A stretch of DNA of 64,000 bases from Centroscyllium fabricii (Eukaryota): assembly GCA_051313645.2 (NCBI GenBank), contig JBNRSN020000018.1, positions 122,450,001 to 122,514,000 of the forward strand. Reading direction: 5' to 3'. Positions 34,577 to 49,900 of the stretch are shown piece after piece. Below the pieces are notes generated by a model that was not told where the DNA came from, did not search any database, and saw only the letters and a list, made by a program, of their open reading frames with translations. The translations under genes and the position numbers were made by a program. Every line of letters begins with the position of its first letter. The first letter of the stretch is position 1.

Positions 34577-36818
34577 AGCCCCGCAGAGCACTCAGTACAG
34601 AGCAGCCAGCAGGTCCGGCACACTCACCGTCGATGGCTTCAGGAGACGCCGACCCGACCCGACCCGCATGGAAGGCAGCAGCGACTCGTGTCGCTGGGAG
34701 ATGATCTGCGCATGCGTCACATACCGCAAGAGCGCTGCAAGAGCGCCGCTCACTCCCTGCAAACTGAGCGACGCTCACGTTTTCGCTCAGGCTGCTGGGA
34801 AAGAGCGCGCTCGTTCAGCGTTCATGAAAATGTGAACGCGCTCGTGAACGTGCGCTCATTTAGTGCGCTCACGGACAACACTGTCCACGGCCTGTATAGC
34901 CGTGCCCTGCATATCCGCAACCTGTATATCCATGGCCTATATATCTGCTGAATCTATATCCACAGTCTATATATCTGCTGCCTGTATATATGCCATGTGT
35001 ATATCCTCCACCTGTATATCCACCACCTGTATATCTGCCACCTGTATATCTGCTGCCTGTATATCCACGACTTGTATATCCACTACCTGTATATCCGCGG
35101 ACTGTATATCCACGGCCTGTATATCCACTACCTTTATATCCATAGCCTGTATAGCTGTAGCCTGTATATCCGCTACCTGTATATCTACAGCATATATATC
35201 CACTACCTGTATATCCGCTACCTGTATATCCATGCCCTGTATATCTGTGGCATGTATAGCCACTACCTGTATATCCGCTACCTGTATATCCACGGCAAAT
35301 ATATCCATGGCCTGTATATCCGCGGCCTGTATATCCACTGCCTGTATCTCCACAGCCTGTATATTCGCTATGTATATATCCGCAACCTGTATATCTGCAG
35401 CCTGCCTATCAGCAGCCTGTATATCCGCTGCCTGAATATCAGCGGCCTGTATATCCTTGGCCTGTATATCCACTACCTGTATATCTGCGGCCTTTATATC
35501 AGCTGCCTGTATATCCACCAGCTGAAAATACGCGGCCTATATATCCACAGCCTGTATATCCACGGCCTGTATATTCGCAGCCTGTCTATCCACTGCCTGT
35601 ATATCCGCAGTCTGTATATCTGCTACCTGTATATCCACTACCTGTACATCGACGGCATATATATCCACGGCCTGTATATCCATGGCCTGTATATCCACTA
35701 CCTGTATATCCATGGCCTGTATATCCGCTGCCTGTATATCTGCTACCTATATTTCCGCTGCCTGTTTATCCACCACCTGTATATCCACTGCCTGTATATC
35801 TGCTGCCTGCATGTCCGTGGCCTATATATCTGCTACCTATGTATCGACAGCCTGTATATCTGCTGCCTGTGTATCAGCAGCCTGTATATTCCCTGCCTGT
35901 AAATCTGCTGCCTATATATCCAATGGCTGTATAACCTCAGGATGTATATCTGGTGCCTGTATATCCACCACCTATATATCCATCGCCTGTATATCCGTCG
36001 CCTGTATATCCACAGCCTGTATATCTGCGGACTGTATATCCATGGCCTGTATATCCACAGGCTGTATATCCATGGCCAGTATATCCGCTACCTGTATATC
36101 GGCTACATGTATATTCGCGGTCTGTATATCTGCTGCCTGTATAGCCACCACCTGTATATGTGCCACCTGTATATCCGCAGACTGTATAGCTGCAGCCTGT
36201 ATATCTGAGGCCTGTAAATCCGCAGGCTGTATATCCACAGCCTGTATATCCGCTACCTGTATATCCGCTGGTTGTATATCCGCGACTTGTATATCTGCTG
36301 CCTGTATATCAGCAGCTTCTATATCCGCTACCTGTATATCCACTACCTGCATATCCACAGCCTCTATATCCGCTGCCTGTATATCTGTGGCCTGTCATCC
36401 GCTACCTATATATGCACAGCATGTATATCCGCTACCTATATACCCACGTCCTGTATATCCGCGGCCTTTATAGCCACTACCTGTATATCCATGGCATATA
36501 CATCCATGGCCTGTATATCAGTGGCCTGTATTACCACTGCCTCTATATCCGCTACCTGTATATCTGCGGCCTTTATATCCACTGCCTGTATATCCGCCGG
36601 CTGAATATCTGTGGCCTATATATCCACAGTCAGTATATCCGCGGCCTGTATATTCGCAGCCTGTCTATCCGCTGCCTGTATATCCGCAACCTGTATATCT
36701 GCTACCTGTATATCCACTACCTGTACATCCACAGCATATATATCCATGGCCTGTATATCTGCTGCCTGTATGTCCGCGGCCTATATGTCTGCTACCTGTA
36801 TATCCACAGCCTGTATAT

Positions 36819-37977
36819 TAAAATTAAGTAATGCAAAATTAAGGCTCATGGGATTGGGGGCAATGTATTGACGTGGATAGAGAACTGGCTGGCAGATAGA
36901 AAACGGCTCGTTTTCTGAGTGGCAGGCGGTGACTAGTGGGTTGCCGCAGGGATCTGTCCTGGGACCCCAGCTGTTCACAATATATATTAATGATCTGGAC
37001 CAGGGAATTGGATGCAACATCTCCAAATTTGCAGACGACACTAAACTAGGAGTGGGGGTGGGCTCTGAAGAGGATGTCAGGAAGCTCCAGTGCGATTTGG
37101 ACAAGTTGGGGAAATGGGCAGATACATGGCAAATGTACTATAATGTGGATAAATGTGAGGTTATCCACTTTGGGGGCAAACACATGAGGGCAGATTATTA
37201 TTTAAATGGCAATAGATTGGGAGATGGGGAAGTGCAGAGAGACCTGGGTGTTCTTGTGCACCAGTCACTGAGGGTGAGCATGCAGGTGCAACAGGCGGTT
37301 AAGAAGGCAAATGGTATGTTGGCCTTCATATCAAGAGGGTTCGAGTATAGGAATAAGGATACCTTACTACAGCTGTACAAGGCACTGGGAGACCACACCT
37401 TGAGTATTGTGTACAGTTTTGGTCGCCTCATCTGAGGAAGGATGTTCTTGCCATGGAAGAAGTGCAGCGGCGATTCACCAGGATGATACCTGGAATGGCA
37501 GGAATGACCTACGAGGAGAGATTGTGTAGTTTGGGCTTGTACTCGCTGGAGTTTAGAAGATTGAGAGGGGATCTCATCAAAACATATAAAATTCTGACAG
37601 GTCTGGACAGGTTAGATTCAGAAAGAATGTTTCCAATGGCGGGAGAGTCCAGAACCAGGGGCCACAGTCTAAGGATAAGGGGTAAACCATTTAGGACAGA
37701 TATGAGGAAGAATTTCTTCACCCAGAGAGTGGTGAGCCTGTGGAATTCCTTGCCACAGAGGGCAGTGGAGGCCAGTTCATTAAATATATTTAAGAGGGAA
37801 TTGGATATATTTCTTCAGGCTAAAGGGATTAAGGGTTACGGAGAGAAGACGGGAACGGGGTACTGAACATGAAAGATCAGCCATGATCTCAGCCAAAGAT
37901 CAGCCATGATCTCATTGAATGGCGGAGCAAGCTCGAAGGGCCGAATGGCCTACTCCTGCTCCTATCCTCTATGTTTC
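36819..37977 (+). mobile_element. 5'-truncated CR1 (HER1-like) LINE inserted in the satellite
   Basis: RT motifs PQGSVLGP and SKFADD. It has a small deletion near 36903, a frameshift near 37390 and a duplicated AAAGATCAGCCATGATCTC in the 3' UTR; flanked by TATAT. Confidence 0.95.
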
Positions 37978-40900
37978 TATATCTGCTGCCTGTGCATCAG
38001 CGGATTGTATGTTCCCTGCCTGTATATCTGCTGCCTATATATCCAATGCCTGTATAACCTTGGTGTGTATATCCTGTGGTTGTATATCCACCGCCTGTAT
38101 ATCCGTGGCCTGTATATCTGCTGCCTGTATAGCCACCACCTGTATATGTGTCATCTGTATATGCACAGCTTGTATATCCACTACCTGTGTATCTGCTGGC
38201 TGTATATCTACAACTTGTATATCTGATGCCTGTATATCAGCAGCTTGTATATCCGCTACCTCTATATCCGCTACCTGCATATCCATGGCCTGTATATCCG
38301 TGGCCTGTATATCCGCTGGCTGCATATCTGTGGCCTGTATATCTGCTACCTGTATATGCACGGCATGTATATCGACGGCCTTTATAGCCACTACCTGTAT
38401 ATCGACTACCTGTATATCCACAGCATATACACCCACAGCCAGTATATCAGCGGCCTGTATATCCACTGCCTCTATATCCGTAACCTGCATATCTGTGGCC
38501 TTTATATCCACTGAATGTATATGAACTGCCTGTATATCCACTGCTTATATAGCCTCAGTCTATATATCCGCTGCTTGTATATCCTCCACCTGTATATCCA
38601 CTGCCTGTATATCCACCATCTGTATATCCACTGCCTGTATATCCAGGGCCTGTATATCGCTACCTGTATATCCGCTGCCTGTATATCCACAGACTGTATA
38701 TCCACGGACTGTATATCTCCGGCCTGTATATCCATAGCCTGTATATCCACGGCCTGTATATCCGCTACCTGTATATCAGCTATCTGTAAATCCATGGTCT
38801 GTGTAACTGTGGCCTGTATATCCACTACTTGTATATCCGTGGCATGTATATCCACTACCCATATATCTGCTACTTGTATATCCACGTCCTGTATATTCAC
38901 GGCCTGTATAGCGGCTACCTGCATATCCGCTACCTGCATATCCATGGCGTATATATCCATGGCCTGTATATCCGCTGCATGTAAATCTGCTACCTGTATA
39001 TCCACAGCCTGTAAAACTGTGGCCTGTATATCAGCAACCTGTATATCCGCGGCCTTTATATCCGCTGAATGAATATCTGCTGCCTGTATATCCCCTGCTT
39101 ATATAGCCACAGTCTATATATTCACTGCCTGTATATACGCCATGTGTATATCCTCCACCTGTATATCTGCCACCTGTATATCTGCCACCTGTATATCCGC
39201 TGCCTGTATATCCGCTGCCTGTATATCCGTGGCCTGTTTCTCCGCTACCTGTATATCCGCTACCTGTATATCCACGGACTGTATATCCACAGACTGTATA
39301 TCCGTGGCCTGTATATCGACAGGCTGTATATCCATGGCCAGTATATCCACTACCTGTATATTGGCTACCTGTATATACGCGGCCTATATACCCACGGCCT
39401 GTATGTACGCTACCTGTATATCCACCACCTGTATATCCACCACCTGTATATCCACCACCTGTATATCCGCAGACTGTATATCCGTGGACTGTATATCCAC
39501 AGCCTGTATATCCACAGCCTGTATATCTGCACCCTGTATATCCATAACCTCTATATCTGCTGCCTATGTATCCATGACCTGTATATCCAATGCATGTATG
39601 TCTGTGGCCTGTATATCCACTACCTATATATCCACAGCATATATATCCATGGCCTGTATATCCATGGCCTGTATATCTGTGGCCTGTATATCTGCTACCT
39701 TTATATCCACAGCCAGTCTATCAATTGCCTGTATATCCACTACCTGTGTATTCAATGTCTTTATGTCCACAGCCTCTGTATCCACAGCCTCTATATCCAC
39801 TGCCTGTATATCCACAGCATGTATATCTGCTGCCAGTATTCGCTGCCTGTATATCCGCTGCCTGTATATCCACTGCGTGCATATCCACTACCTGTATATC
39901 TGCAGTCTGTGTATCCACGGCCTGTATATCTACAACCTGTATATCTGCAGCCTGTAGATCTGTGGTCTGTATATCCACTGCCTGCATATGCACTACCTGC
40001 ATATCCGCTGCCTGTATATATGCTGCCTGTATATCGGCAGCCTGTATATCCGTTGCCTGTAGATTCACGTCCTGTATATCTGTTGTCTGTGTATCTGCTG
40101 CCTGTATATCCACTGCCTGTATATATGCTGTCTATATATCCACTGCTTGTATATCTGCTTCCTCTATATCTGCAGCCTGTATATCCACTGCCTGCATATG
40201 CACTGCATGTGTATCCACTGCCTGTATATCTGCCAACTGTGTATCCATGGCCTGTATATCTGCGGCATGTACATCCACTGCCTGTATATCCATTGCCTGT
40301 GTATCTGCTGCCTGTGTATCCACTGCCTGTATATCCGCTGCCTGTGTATCCGCTACCTGTATATCCATGGCCTGTATATCCACTTCATGTTTATCCGCAG
40401 CCTGTGTATCTGCAGCCTGTGTATCCGCTACCTGTATCACCACTGCTTGTATATCTGCAGCCTGTATATCCGCTACCTATATATCCATGGCCTGTTTATC
40501 AGTGGCCTGTATATCCATGGTCTGTATATCTTCTATCTGTATAGCCACTATCTGTATATCCGCTGCCAGTACATCTGCTGCCTGAATATCCATGGCCTGT
40601 ATATCCACTGCCTGTACATGCACTGCTTTTGTATCTGCTGCCTCTATATCTACTGCCTGTGTACCTGCTGCCTGTATGTCTGTGGCCTGTATATCCGCTA
40701 CCTGTACATCAACAGCATATATATCCATGGCCTGTATATCCACTTCATGTTTATCTGCAGCCTGTGTATCTGTGGCCTGTGTATCCACTCCCTGTATATC
40801 CACTGCCTGTATATCCGCTGCTTGTATATCCGCGGCCTGTATATCGGCTCCCTATATATCCGTGGCCTGTTTATCGGTGGCCTGTATATCTGTGGCCTGT

Positions 40901-43900
40901 ATATCCACTGCCTGTATATCGGCTACCTGTACATCCACGGCATATATATCCACGGCCTGCATATCTGCTACCTGCATATCCATGGCCTGTGTACCTGTGG
41001 CCTGTATATCTGCTGCCTGTATATCCATTGCCTGTATATCCGCTACCTGTATGCCCGCTGCCAGTGTACCCATTGCCTGTATATCCGCTGCCTGTGTATT
41101 CACTGCCTTTATGTCCACAGCCTGTATCCACAGCCTCTATATGCACAGCCTGTATATCCACTGCCTGTATATCTGCTGCCTGTATATCCACTGCCTGTAT
41201 ATCCATTACCTGTATATCTGCAGCCTGTGTATCCACAGCCTGTATATCTGCAGCCTGTATTACTGCAGCCTGTATTACTGCAGCCTGTAGATCTGTGGTC
41301 TTTATCTCCACTGCTTGTATATCCACTGCCTGCATATCCACTGCCTGTATATCCACTGCCTGTACATCCATGGCCTGTATATTTGTTGTCTGTGTATCTG
41401 CTGCCTATATATCTACTGCCTGTATATAGGCTGCCTGTATATCTGCTGCTTGTATATCCACTTCCTCTATATCTGCAGCCTGTATACCCGCAGCCTGCAT
41501 ATGCACTGCACGTGTATCCGCTGCCTGTATATCCACTGACTGTGTATCCATGGTCTGTGTATCCGCAGCCTGTATATCCACTGCCTGTATATCCATTGCC
41601 TGTGTATCTGCTGCCTGTGTATCCACTGCCCATATATCCGCTGCCTGTGTATCTGCTACCTGTATATCTGTGGCCTGTATAACCTCAGCCTGTATATGCA
41701 TTGCCTGTGTATCTGTTGCCTGTGTATCCACTGCCTGTATATCCGCTGCCTGTGTATCCACTACCTGTATATCCATGGCCTGTATATCCACAGCCTGTAT
41801 ATCCACTATCTGTATATCCGCTGCCTGTATATCCACAGCCTGTATATCCACTTCATATTTATCTGCAGTGTGTGTCTGCAGCCTGTGTATCTGCTACCTG
41901 TATATCCACTACCTGTAAATCTACTGCTTGTTTATTTGCGGCCTGTATGTCCATTACCTATATATCCGTGGCCTGTTTATCGGTGGCCTGTATATATGCG
42001 GCCTGTTTAGCCACTGCCTGTATATCCACGGTCTGTATATGCACTGCTTTTGTATCCACTGCCTGTATATCTACTGCCTGTGTATCTGCTGCCTGTATAT
42101 CCGCTGACTGTGTATCCACAGCCTGTGTTTCCATGGCCTGTATATCCGCTGCCTGTATATACACTGCCTGTATACCCACTGCCTGTATATCCACAGCCTG
42201 CATACCCGCTGCCTGTATATCCACTGCCTGTATATCCACTGCCTGTAAATCCACGGCCTACATATCTGTTGCCTGTATATCCATTGCCTGTATATATGCT
42301 GCCTGTATATCCGCTGCTTGTATATCCACTTCCTATATATTTGCAGTCTGTATATCCACTGCCTTTATATGCACTGCATGTGTATCCGCTGCCTGTATAT
42401 CCGCTGCCTGTATATCCACAGCCTGTATATCCACAGCTGTTATATCTGCTGCCTGTAAATCCACAGCCTGCCTACCTGTTGCCTGTGTATCCACTGCCTG
42501 TATCTCCACTGCCTGTATATCCACTGCCAGTACATCTGCTGCCTGAATATCCATGGTCTGTATATCCACTGCCTGTGTATCCATTGCCTGTATATCCGCT
42601 GCCTGTATATCTGCTTCCTGTATGCCTGCAGCCTGTGTATCCATGACCTGTATATCTGCAGCCTGTATATCCACAGCCTTTATATCTGCTGCCTGTATAT
42701 CTGCTGCCTGCATATCCACTGTCTGTATATATGCTGCCTGTATATTGGTGGCCTGTATATCAGCTGCCTGTATATTTGCTGCCTGTATATCTGCTGCCTG
42801 TAAATCCACGGCCTGCATATCTGTTGCCTGTGTATCAACTGCCTGTATATCTGCTGCCTGTATATCCACTGCCTGAATATCCATGGTCTGTATATCCACT
42901 GCCTGTATATGCACTGCTTTTGTATCCAATGCCTGTATATCTGCTGACTGTGTATCCACGGCCTGTGTATCCATGGCCTGTATATCCACTGCCTGCATGT
43001 CTATTGCCTGTATATCCACTGCCTGTATATCCACTGCCTGTCTATCCATTGCCTGTATATCCGCTGCCTGTGTATTCGCTGCCTTTATACCCACAGCCTC
43101 TGTATCCACTGCCTTTATATCCGCTGTCTGTATATCTGCTTCCTGTATATCCACAGCCTGTATATCCACTGCCAGTGTATCTGCTGCCTGCATATCCACT
43201 GCCTGTATGTATGCTGCCTGTATATCAGTGGCCTGTATATCAGCTGCCTGTATATCTGCTGCCTGTATATCTGCGATCTGTATATCTGCTGCCTGCATAT
43301 CCACTGCCTGTATATATGCTGCCTGTATATCGGCAGCCTGTATATCTGCTGCCTGTATATCCACTGCCTGTAAATCCACGGCCTGCAAATCTGTTGCCTG
43401 TGTATCCACTGCCTGTATATCCACTGCCTATATATATGCTGCCTGTATATCGGCTGCTTGTATATCCACTTCCTGTATATCTGCAGCCTGTATGTCAGCT
43501 GCCTGTATATGCACTGCATGTGTATCCACTGCCTGTATATCCACTAACTGTGTATCCATGGCCTGTGTATCTGCGGCCTGTATAGCCACTGTCTGTGTAT
43601 CCACTGCCTGTATATCCGCTGACTGTGTATCCATGGCCTGTGTATCTGCAGCCTGTATATCCGCTGCCTGTATATTCATTGCCTGTATATCTGCTGCCTT
43701 TATATCCACAGCATCTGTATCTGTGGCCTCTATATTTGCTACCTGTATATCCGTGGCATATATGTCTGTGGCTGTATATCCACGGCCTGTATATCCGCTA
43801 GCTGTATATCGATGGCCTGTTCATCCGCGGCCTGTATATCCGCTACCTATACTTCTGCTGCCTGGTTATCTGCCGCCTATATATCCGCTGCATGTATATC

Positions 43901-46900
43901 TGATGTCTGTATGCCTGCAGCCTATATATCTACTCCCTGTATATCCACTGACTATATATGAGTGGCCTGTATATTCGCTGTCTGTATATCTGCTGCCTGT
44001 ATATCCGCAACCTGTAAATCTGTGGCCTTTATCTCTGCAACCTGTATATCCCCTGCTTATATATATGTGGCCTGTGTATCCGCTACCTGCATATCCGCTA
44101 CCTGTATATCCGCTGCTTGTATATTCACGGCCTGTATATCTACTACCTAAACATCCATGGCCTGTTTATCGGTGGCCTGTACATCTGAAGCCTGTATATA
44201 CGCTGCCTGTATATCCATGGTCTGTATATGCGCTGCTTTTGCATCTGCTGCCTCTATATCCACTGACTGTGTATCCATGGTCTGCATATCCACTGCCTGT
44301 ATATCCATTGCCTGTATATCAGCTGCCTGTATATCCACTGCCTGTGCATCTGTTGCCTGTATATCCACTGCCTGTGTATCCACTGCCTTTATATCCGCTG
44401 CCTTTAAATCCACAGCCTCTGTATCCACGGCCTCTATATCCACTGCCTGTATATCCACAGCCTGTATATCTGCTGCCTGTATATCCGATGCCTGTAAATC
44501 CATGACCTGCATATCTGTTGCCTGTGTATCCACTGCCTGTATATATGCTGCCTGTATATCTACTGCATGTACATCCACTTCCTGTATATCTGCAGCCTGT
44601 ATATGCACTGCATGTGTATGCTCTGCTTATATATCCGCTGTCTGTATATCTGCAGCCTGTATATCCACTGCCTGTATATCCACTGCCTGTAAATCCACAG
44701 CCTGTATACCTGTTGCCTGTTTATCCACTGCCTGTATCTCCACTGCCTGTATATCTGCAGCCTGTATATCCACTGCCAGTACATCTTCTGCCTGAATTCC
44801 ATGGTCTGTATAGCCACTGCCTGTGTATCCATTGCCTGTATATTTGCTGCCTGTATATCTGATTCCTGTATGGCTGCAGCCTGTGTATCCATGGCCTGTA
44901 TATCTGCAGCCTGTATATCCACAGCCTGTATATCTGTGGTCTATTTCTGCTGCCTGATATCTGCTGCCTGTGTATCTGCTGCCTCTATATCCACTGACTG
45001 TGTATCTATGGACTGTATATCTGCTGCTTGTATATCCATTGCCTGTATATCAGCTGCATGTATATCCACTGCCTGTGCATATGTTGCCTGTATATCCGCT
45101 GCCTGTGTATCCGGTGCCTTTATATCTGCAGCCTTTTTATCCACAGCCTTTGTATCGACAGCTGCTATATACACTGCCTGTATACCCACTGCCTGTATAT
45201 CCATAGCCTTTATATCCGCTGCCTGTATATCCGCTGCCTGTAAATCCACGGCCTGCATATCTGTTGCCTGTGTATCCACTGCCTCTATATCTGCTGCCTG
45301 TATATATGCTGCCTGTATATCGACTGCTTGTACACCCACTTCCTGTATATCTGCAGCCTGTATAGCCGCTGCCTGTATATGCACTGCATGTGTATGCTCT
45401 GCTTGTATATCCGCTGCCTGTATATCCATTGCCTGTATATCCGCTGCCTGGAAATCCATGGCCTGCATACCTGTTGCCTGTTTATCCACTGCCTGTATCT
45501 CCACTGCCTGTATATCTGCTGCCAGTACATCTGCTTGAATATCCATGGTCTGTATATCCACTGCCTGTGTATCCATTGCCTGTATATCTGCTGCCTGTAT
45601 ATCCACAGCCCGTATATCTGTGGTCTGTATATCTGTTGCCTGCATATCCACTGCCTGTATATATGCTGGCTGTATATTGGTGGCCTGTATATCAGCTGCC
45701 TGTATATTTGCTGCCTGTAAACCCATGGCCTGCATATCTGTTGCCTGTGTATCTACTGCCTCTATATCCGCTGCCTGAATATCCATGGTCTGTATATCCA
45801 CTGCCTGTATATGAGCTGCTTTTGTATCCACTGCCTGTATATCCACTGCCTGTATATCCACTGCCTGTATATCCGCAGCCTCTGTATCTGCTGCCTGTAT
45901 ATCCGCTGCCTGTATATCGGCTGCCTGTATATCGGCTGCCTATATATCCACTGCCTGTAAATCCACGGCCTGCATATCTGTTACCTGTGTATCCATTGCC
46001 TGTATATCCACTGCCTGTATATATGCTGCCTGTATATCCGCTGCTTGTACATTCACTTCCGGTATATCTGCGGAGGGTATATCTGCTGCCTGTATATGCA
46101 CTGCATGTGTATCCACTGTCTGTATATCTGCTAACTGTGTATCCATGGTCTGTGTATCTGTGGTCTATATATCCACTACCTGTGTATACACTGCCAGTAT
46201 ATCCGCTGACTGTGTATCCCCGACCTGTGTAGCTGCAGCCTGGATATCTGCCGCCTATATATTCATTGCCTTTATATCCGCTGCCTGTATATCCACTGCC
46301 TGTGTATCCATTGCCTGTATATCTGCTGCCTGTGTATCTGCTGCCTTTATATCCACAGCCTCTGTATCTGTGGCCTCTATATCTGCTACCTGTATATCCA
46401 CTACCTGTACATCCGTGGCATATATATCTGCAGCCTGCATATCTTTGGACTGTATATCCACTAGCTGTATATCCACGGCCTGTACATTCGCAGCCTGTAA
46501 ATCCGCTACCTATATCTCTTCTGCCTGTTTATCCGCCGCCTGTATATCCGCTGCCTGTATATCCGCTGCCTGTATGTCTGCGCCCTATATATCTACTCAC
46601 TGTATATCCACAGCCTGTATATCCACTGACTGTATATCAGTGGCCTGTATATTCGGTGCCTGTATATCCACGGTCTGTATAGGTGCTGCTTTTGTATCCT
46701 CTGCCTGTATATCCACAGCCTCTGTATCCACGGCCTCTATATCCACTGCCTGTATATCTACTGCCTGTATATCCACGGTCTGTATATGCGCTGCTTTTGT
46801 ATCCGCTGCCTGTATATCCACAGCCTTTGTATCCACGGCCTCTATATCCACTGCCTGTATATCCACTGCCTGTATATCCACTGCCTGTAAATCCACGGCC

Positions 46901-49900
46901 TGCATATCTGTTGCCTGTGTATAAACTGCCTGTATATCCATTGCCTGTATATATGCTGCCTGTATATACGCTGCTTGTATATCCACTTCCTGTATATCTG
47001 TGGCCTGTATATCCACTGCCTGTATATGCACTGCATGTGTATCTGCTGCCTGTCTATCCGCTGCCTGTATATCCACAGCCTGTATATCCAATGCCTGTAT
47101 ATCCGCTGCCTGTAAATCCATGGCCTGCATACCTGTTGCCTGTGTATCCACTGCCTGTATATATGCTGCCTGTATATCCGCTGCTTTTATATCTGCTGCC
47201 TGTATATCCGCTGCCTGTTAATCCATGGCCTGCATATCTGTTGCCTGTGTATCCACTGCCTGTATATCCTCTGCATGTATATCCAGTGCCATACATCTGC
47301 TGCCTGAATATCCATGGTCTGTATAACCACTGCCTGTGTATCGGTAGCCTGTATATCCACTGCCTGTATATCCGCTTCCTGTATGTCTGCAGCCTGTGTA
47401 TCCATGGCCTGTATATCTGCAGCCTGTATATCCACTACCTTTATATCCACAGCCTCTGCATCCACTGCCTGTATATCTACTGCCAGTATACCCGCTGCCT
47501 GTATATCCACAGCCTGTATATCTGCTGCCTGTATATCCACAGCCTGTATATCCACTGCCTGTGTATCTGCTGCCTGCATATCCACTGCCTGTATATATGC
47601 TGCCTGTATATCGGCTGCCTGTATATCTGCTGCCTGTATATCGGTGGCCTGTATATCCGCTGACTGTGTATCCACGGCCTGTGTATCCATGGCCTGTATA
47701 TCCACTGCCAGCATATCCGTTGTCTGTATATCTACTGCCTGTGTATCCATTGCCTGTATATCCAATGCCTGTGTATCCACTGCCTTTATATCCACAGCCT
47801 CTGTATCTGCTGCCTGTATATCCACTGCCTATATATCCGCTGCCTGTATATCTGCTGCTTGTATATCCACAGCCTGTATATCCACTGCCTGTGTATCTGC
47901 TGCCTGCATATCCACTGCCTGCATATCCGCTGCCTGTATATCTGCTGCCTGTATGTCTGCTGCCTGTATGTCTGCTGCCTGCATGTCCACTGCCTGTATA
48001 TATGCTGGCTGTATATCAGCAGCCTGTATATCGGCTGCCTGTATATCAGCTGCCTGTATATCCACTGCCTGTAAATCCACGGCCTGCATATCTGTTGCCT
48101 GTGTATCCACTGCCTGTATATCCACTGCCTGTATATATGCTGCTTGTATATCCGCTGCTTGTATATCCACTTCCTGTATATCTGCAGACTGTATATCCAC
48201 TGCCTGTATATGCACTGCATGTGCATCCACTGCCTGTATATCCTCTAACTGTGTATCCATGGCCTGTGTATCTGTGGCCTGTATATCCACTGCCTGTGTA
48301 TCCACTGCCTGTATATCCACGGCCTGTATATCCACAGCCTGTATATCTGCAGCCTGTATATCTGCTGCCTTTATATTCATTGCCTGTATATCCATTGCAT
48401 GTATATCCACTGCCTATGTATCTGTTGCCTGTATATCTGCTGCCTGTGTGTCCACTGCCTTTATATCCACAGCCTCTGTATCTGTGGCCTCTATATCTGC
48501 TACCTCTATATCCACTACCTGTACATCTGCGGCATATATATCTGCGGCCTGTATATCCATGGCCTGTATATCCGCTAGCTGTATATCCACGGCCTGTACA
48601 TCTGTGGCCTGTATATCCACTACCTATATTTCTTCTGCCTGTTGGTCCACCGCCTGTATATCCGCTGCTTGCATATCCACTGCCTGTATGTCTGCAGCCT
48701 ATATATCTACTCCCTGTATATCCACAGCCTGTATATCCACTGACTGTATATCGGCGGCCTGTATATTCTCTGCCTGTATATCCACTACCTGTATATCCGC
48801 AACCTGTAAATCTGTGGCCTTTATATCTGCAGCCTGTATATCCCCATCTTATATATCCATGGCCTATATATCCGCTGCCTGTATAACCTTGGTGTGTATA
48901 TCCTGTGCCTGTATAATTGCCACTTGTATATCCGCTGCCTGTATATCCATGGCCTGTATATCCACTACCTTTATATCTGCTACCTGTATATCCACGGACT
49001 GTATATCCACAGCCTGTATATCCGCAGGCTGTATATCTGTGGCCTGTATATCAGCTACCTGTATAACCACTGCCTGTATATCTGCGGCCTGTATATCCAC
49101 GGCCTTTATATCGGCTACCTGTATATTGGCTACCTGTTTATCTGTGGCCTGTATATCTGTGGCCTGTATATACTGCTGCCTGTATATCCACCACCTGTAT
49201 ATCCACCACCTGTATAACCACTGCCTGTATATCTGCAGCCTGTATATCCGCTACCTGTATATCCACTACCTATATATCGGCAGACTGTATATCCACGGAC
49301 TGTATATCCACAGCCAGTATATCCTCAGCCTGTATAGCCGCAGCCTGTATATCCGCTACCTGTATATCCACTGCCTATATATCGGTGGCCTGTATATCTG
49401 ATGCATGTATGTCTGTGGGCTATATATCTGCTACCTGTATATCCGCTACCTGTACATCCACGGCAAATATATCCTTGGCCTGTATATCCACGGCATGCAT
49501 ATCCATTACCTGTATATCTATGGCCTGTATATCTGTGGCCTGTATATCCACTGCCTGTATATCCATGGCCTGTGTATCTGCAGCCTGTATATCAACTGCC
49601 TGTATATCCATTGCCTGTATATCTGCTACCTCTATATCTGCTGCCAGTGTATCCATTGCATGTATATCCACTGCCTGTGCATTCACTGCCTTTGTGTCCA
49701 CAGCCTCTGTATCAACAGCCTCTATATCCACTGCCAGTATATCTGCCTATATATCCACAGCCTGACTTTTCCACTGCCTGTATATCCACTGCCTTTATAT
49801 CCACTGCCTGTATATCCACTACCTGTATATCCGCTACCTGTATATCTGCAGCCTGTGTATCCACGGCCTGTATATTTGCAGCCTGTATATCAGCAGCCTG

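Larger units (their letters stand above)
33583..34883. mobile_element. Non-autonomous hAT-type DNA transposon spanning the assembly gap
   Basis: Terminal repeats CAGTGTTG and CAACACTG; 8-bp target duplication TCCACGGC at 33575-33582 and 34884-34891; GTTCA/TGAAC subterminal repeats. Confidence 0.9.
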
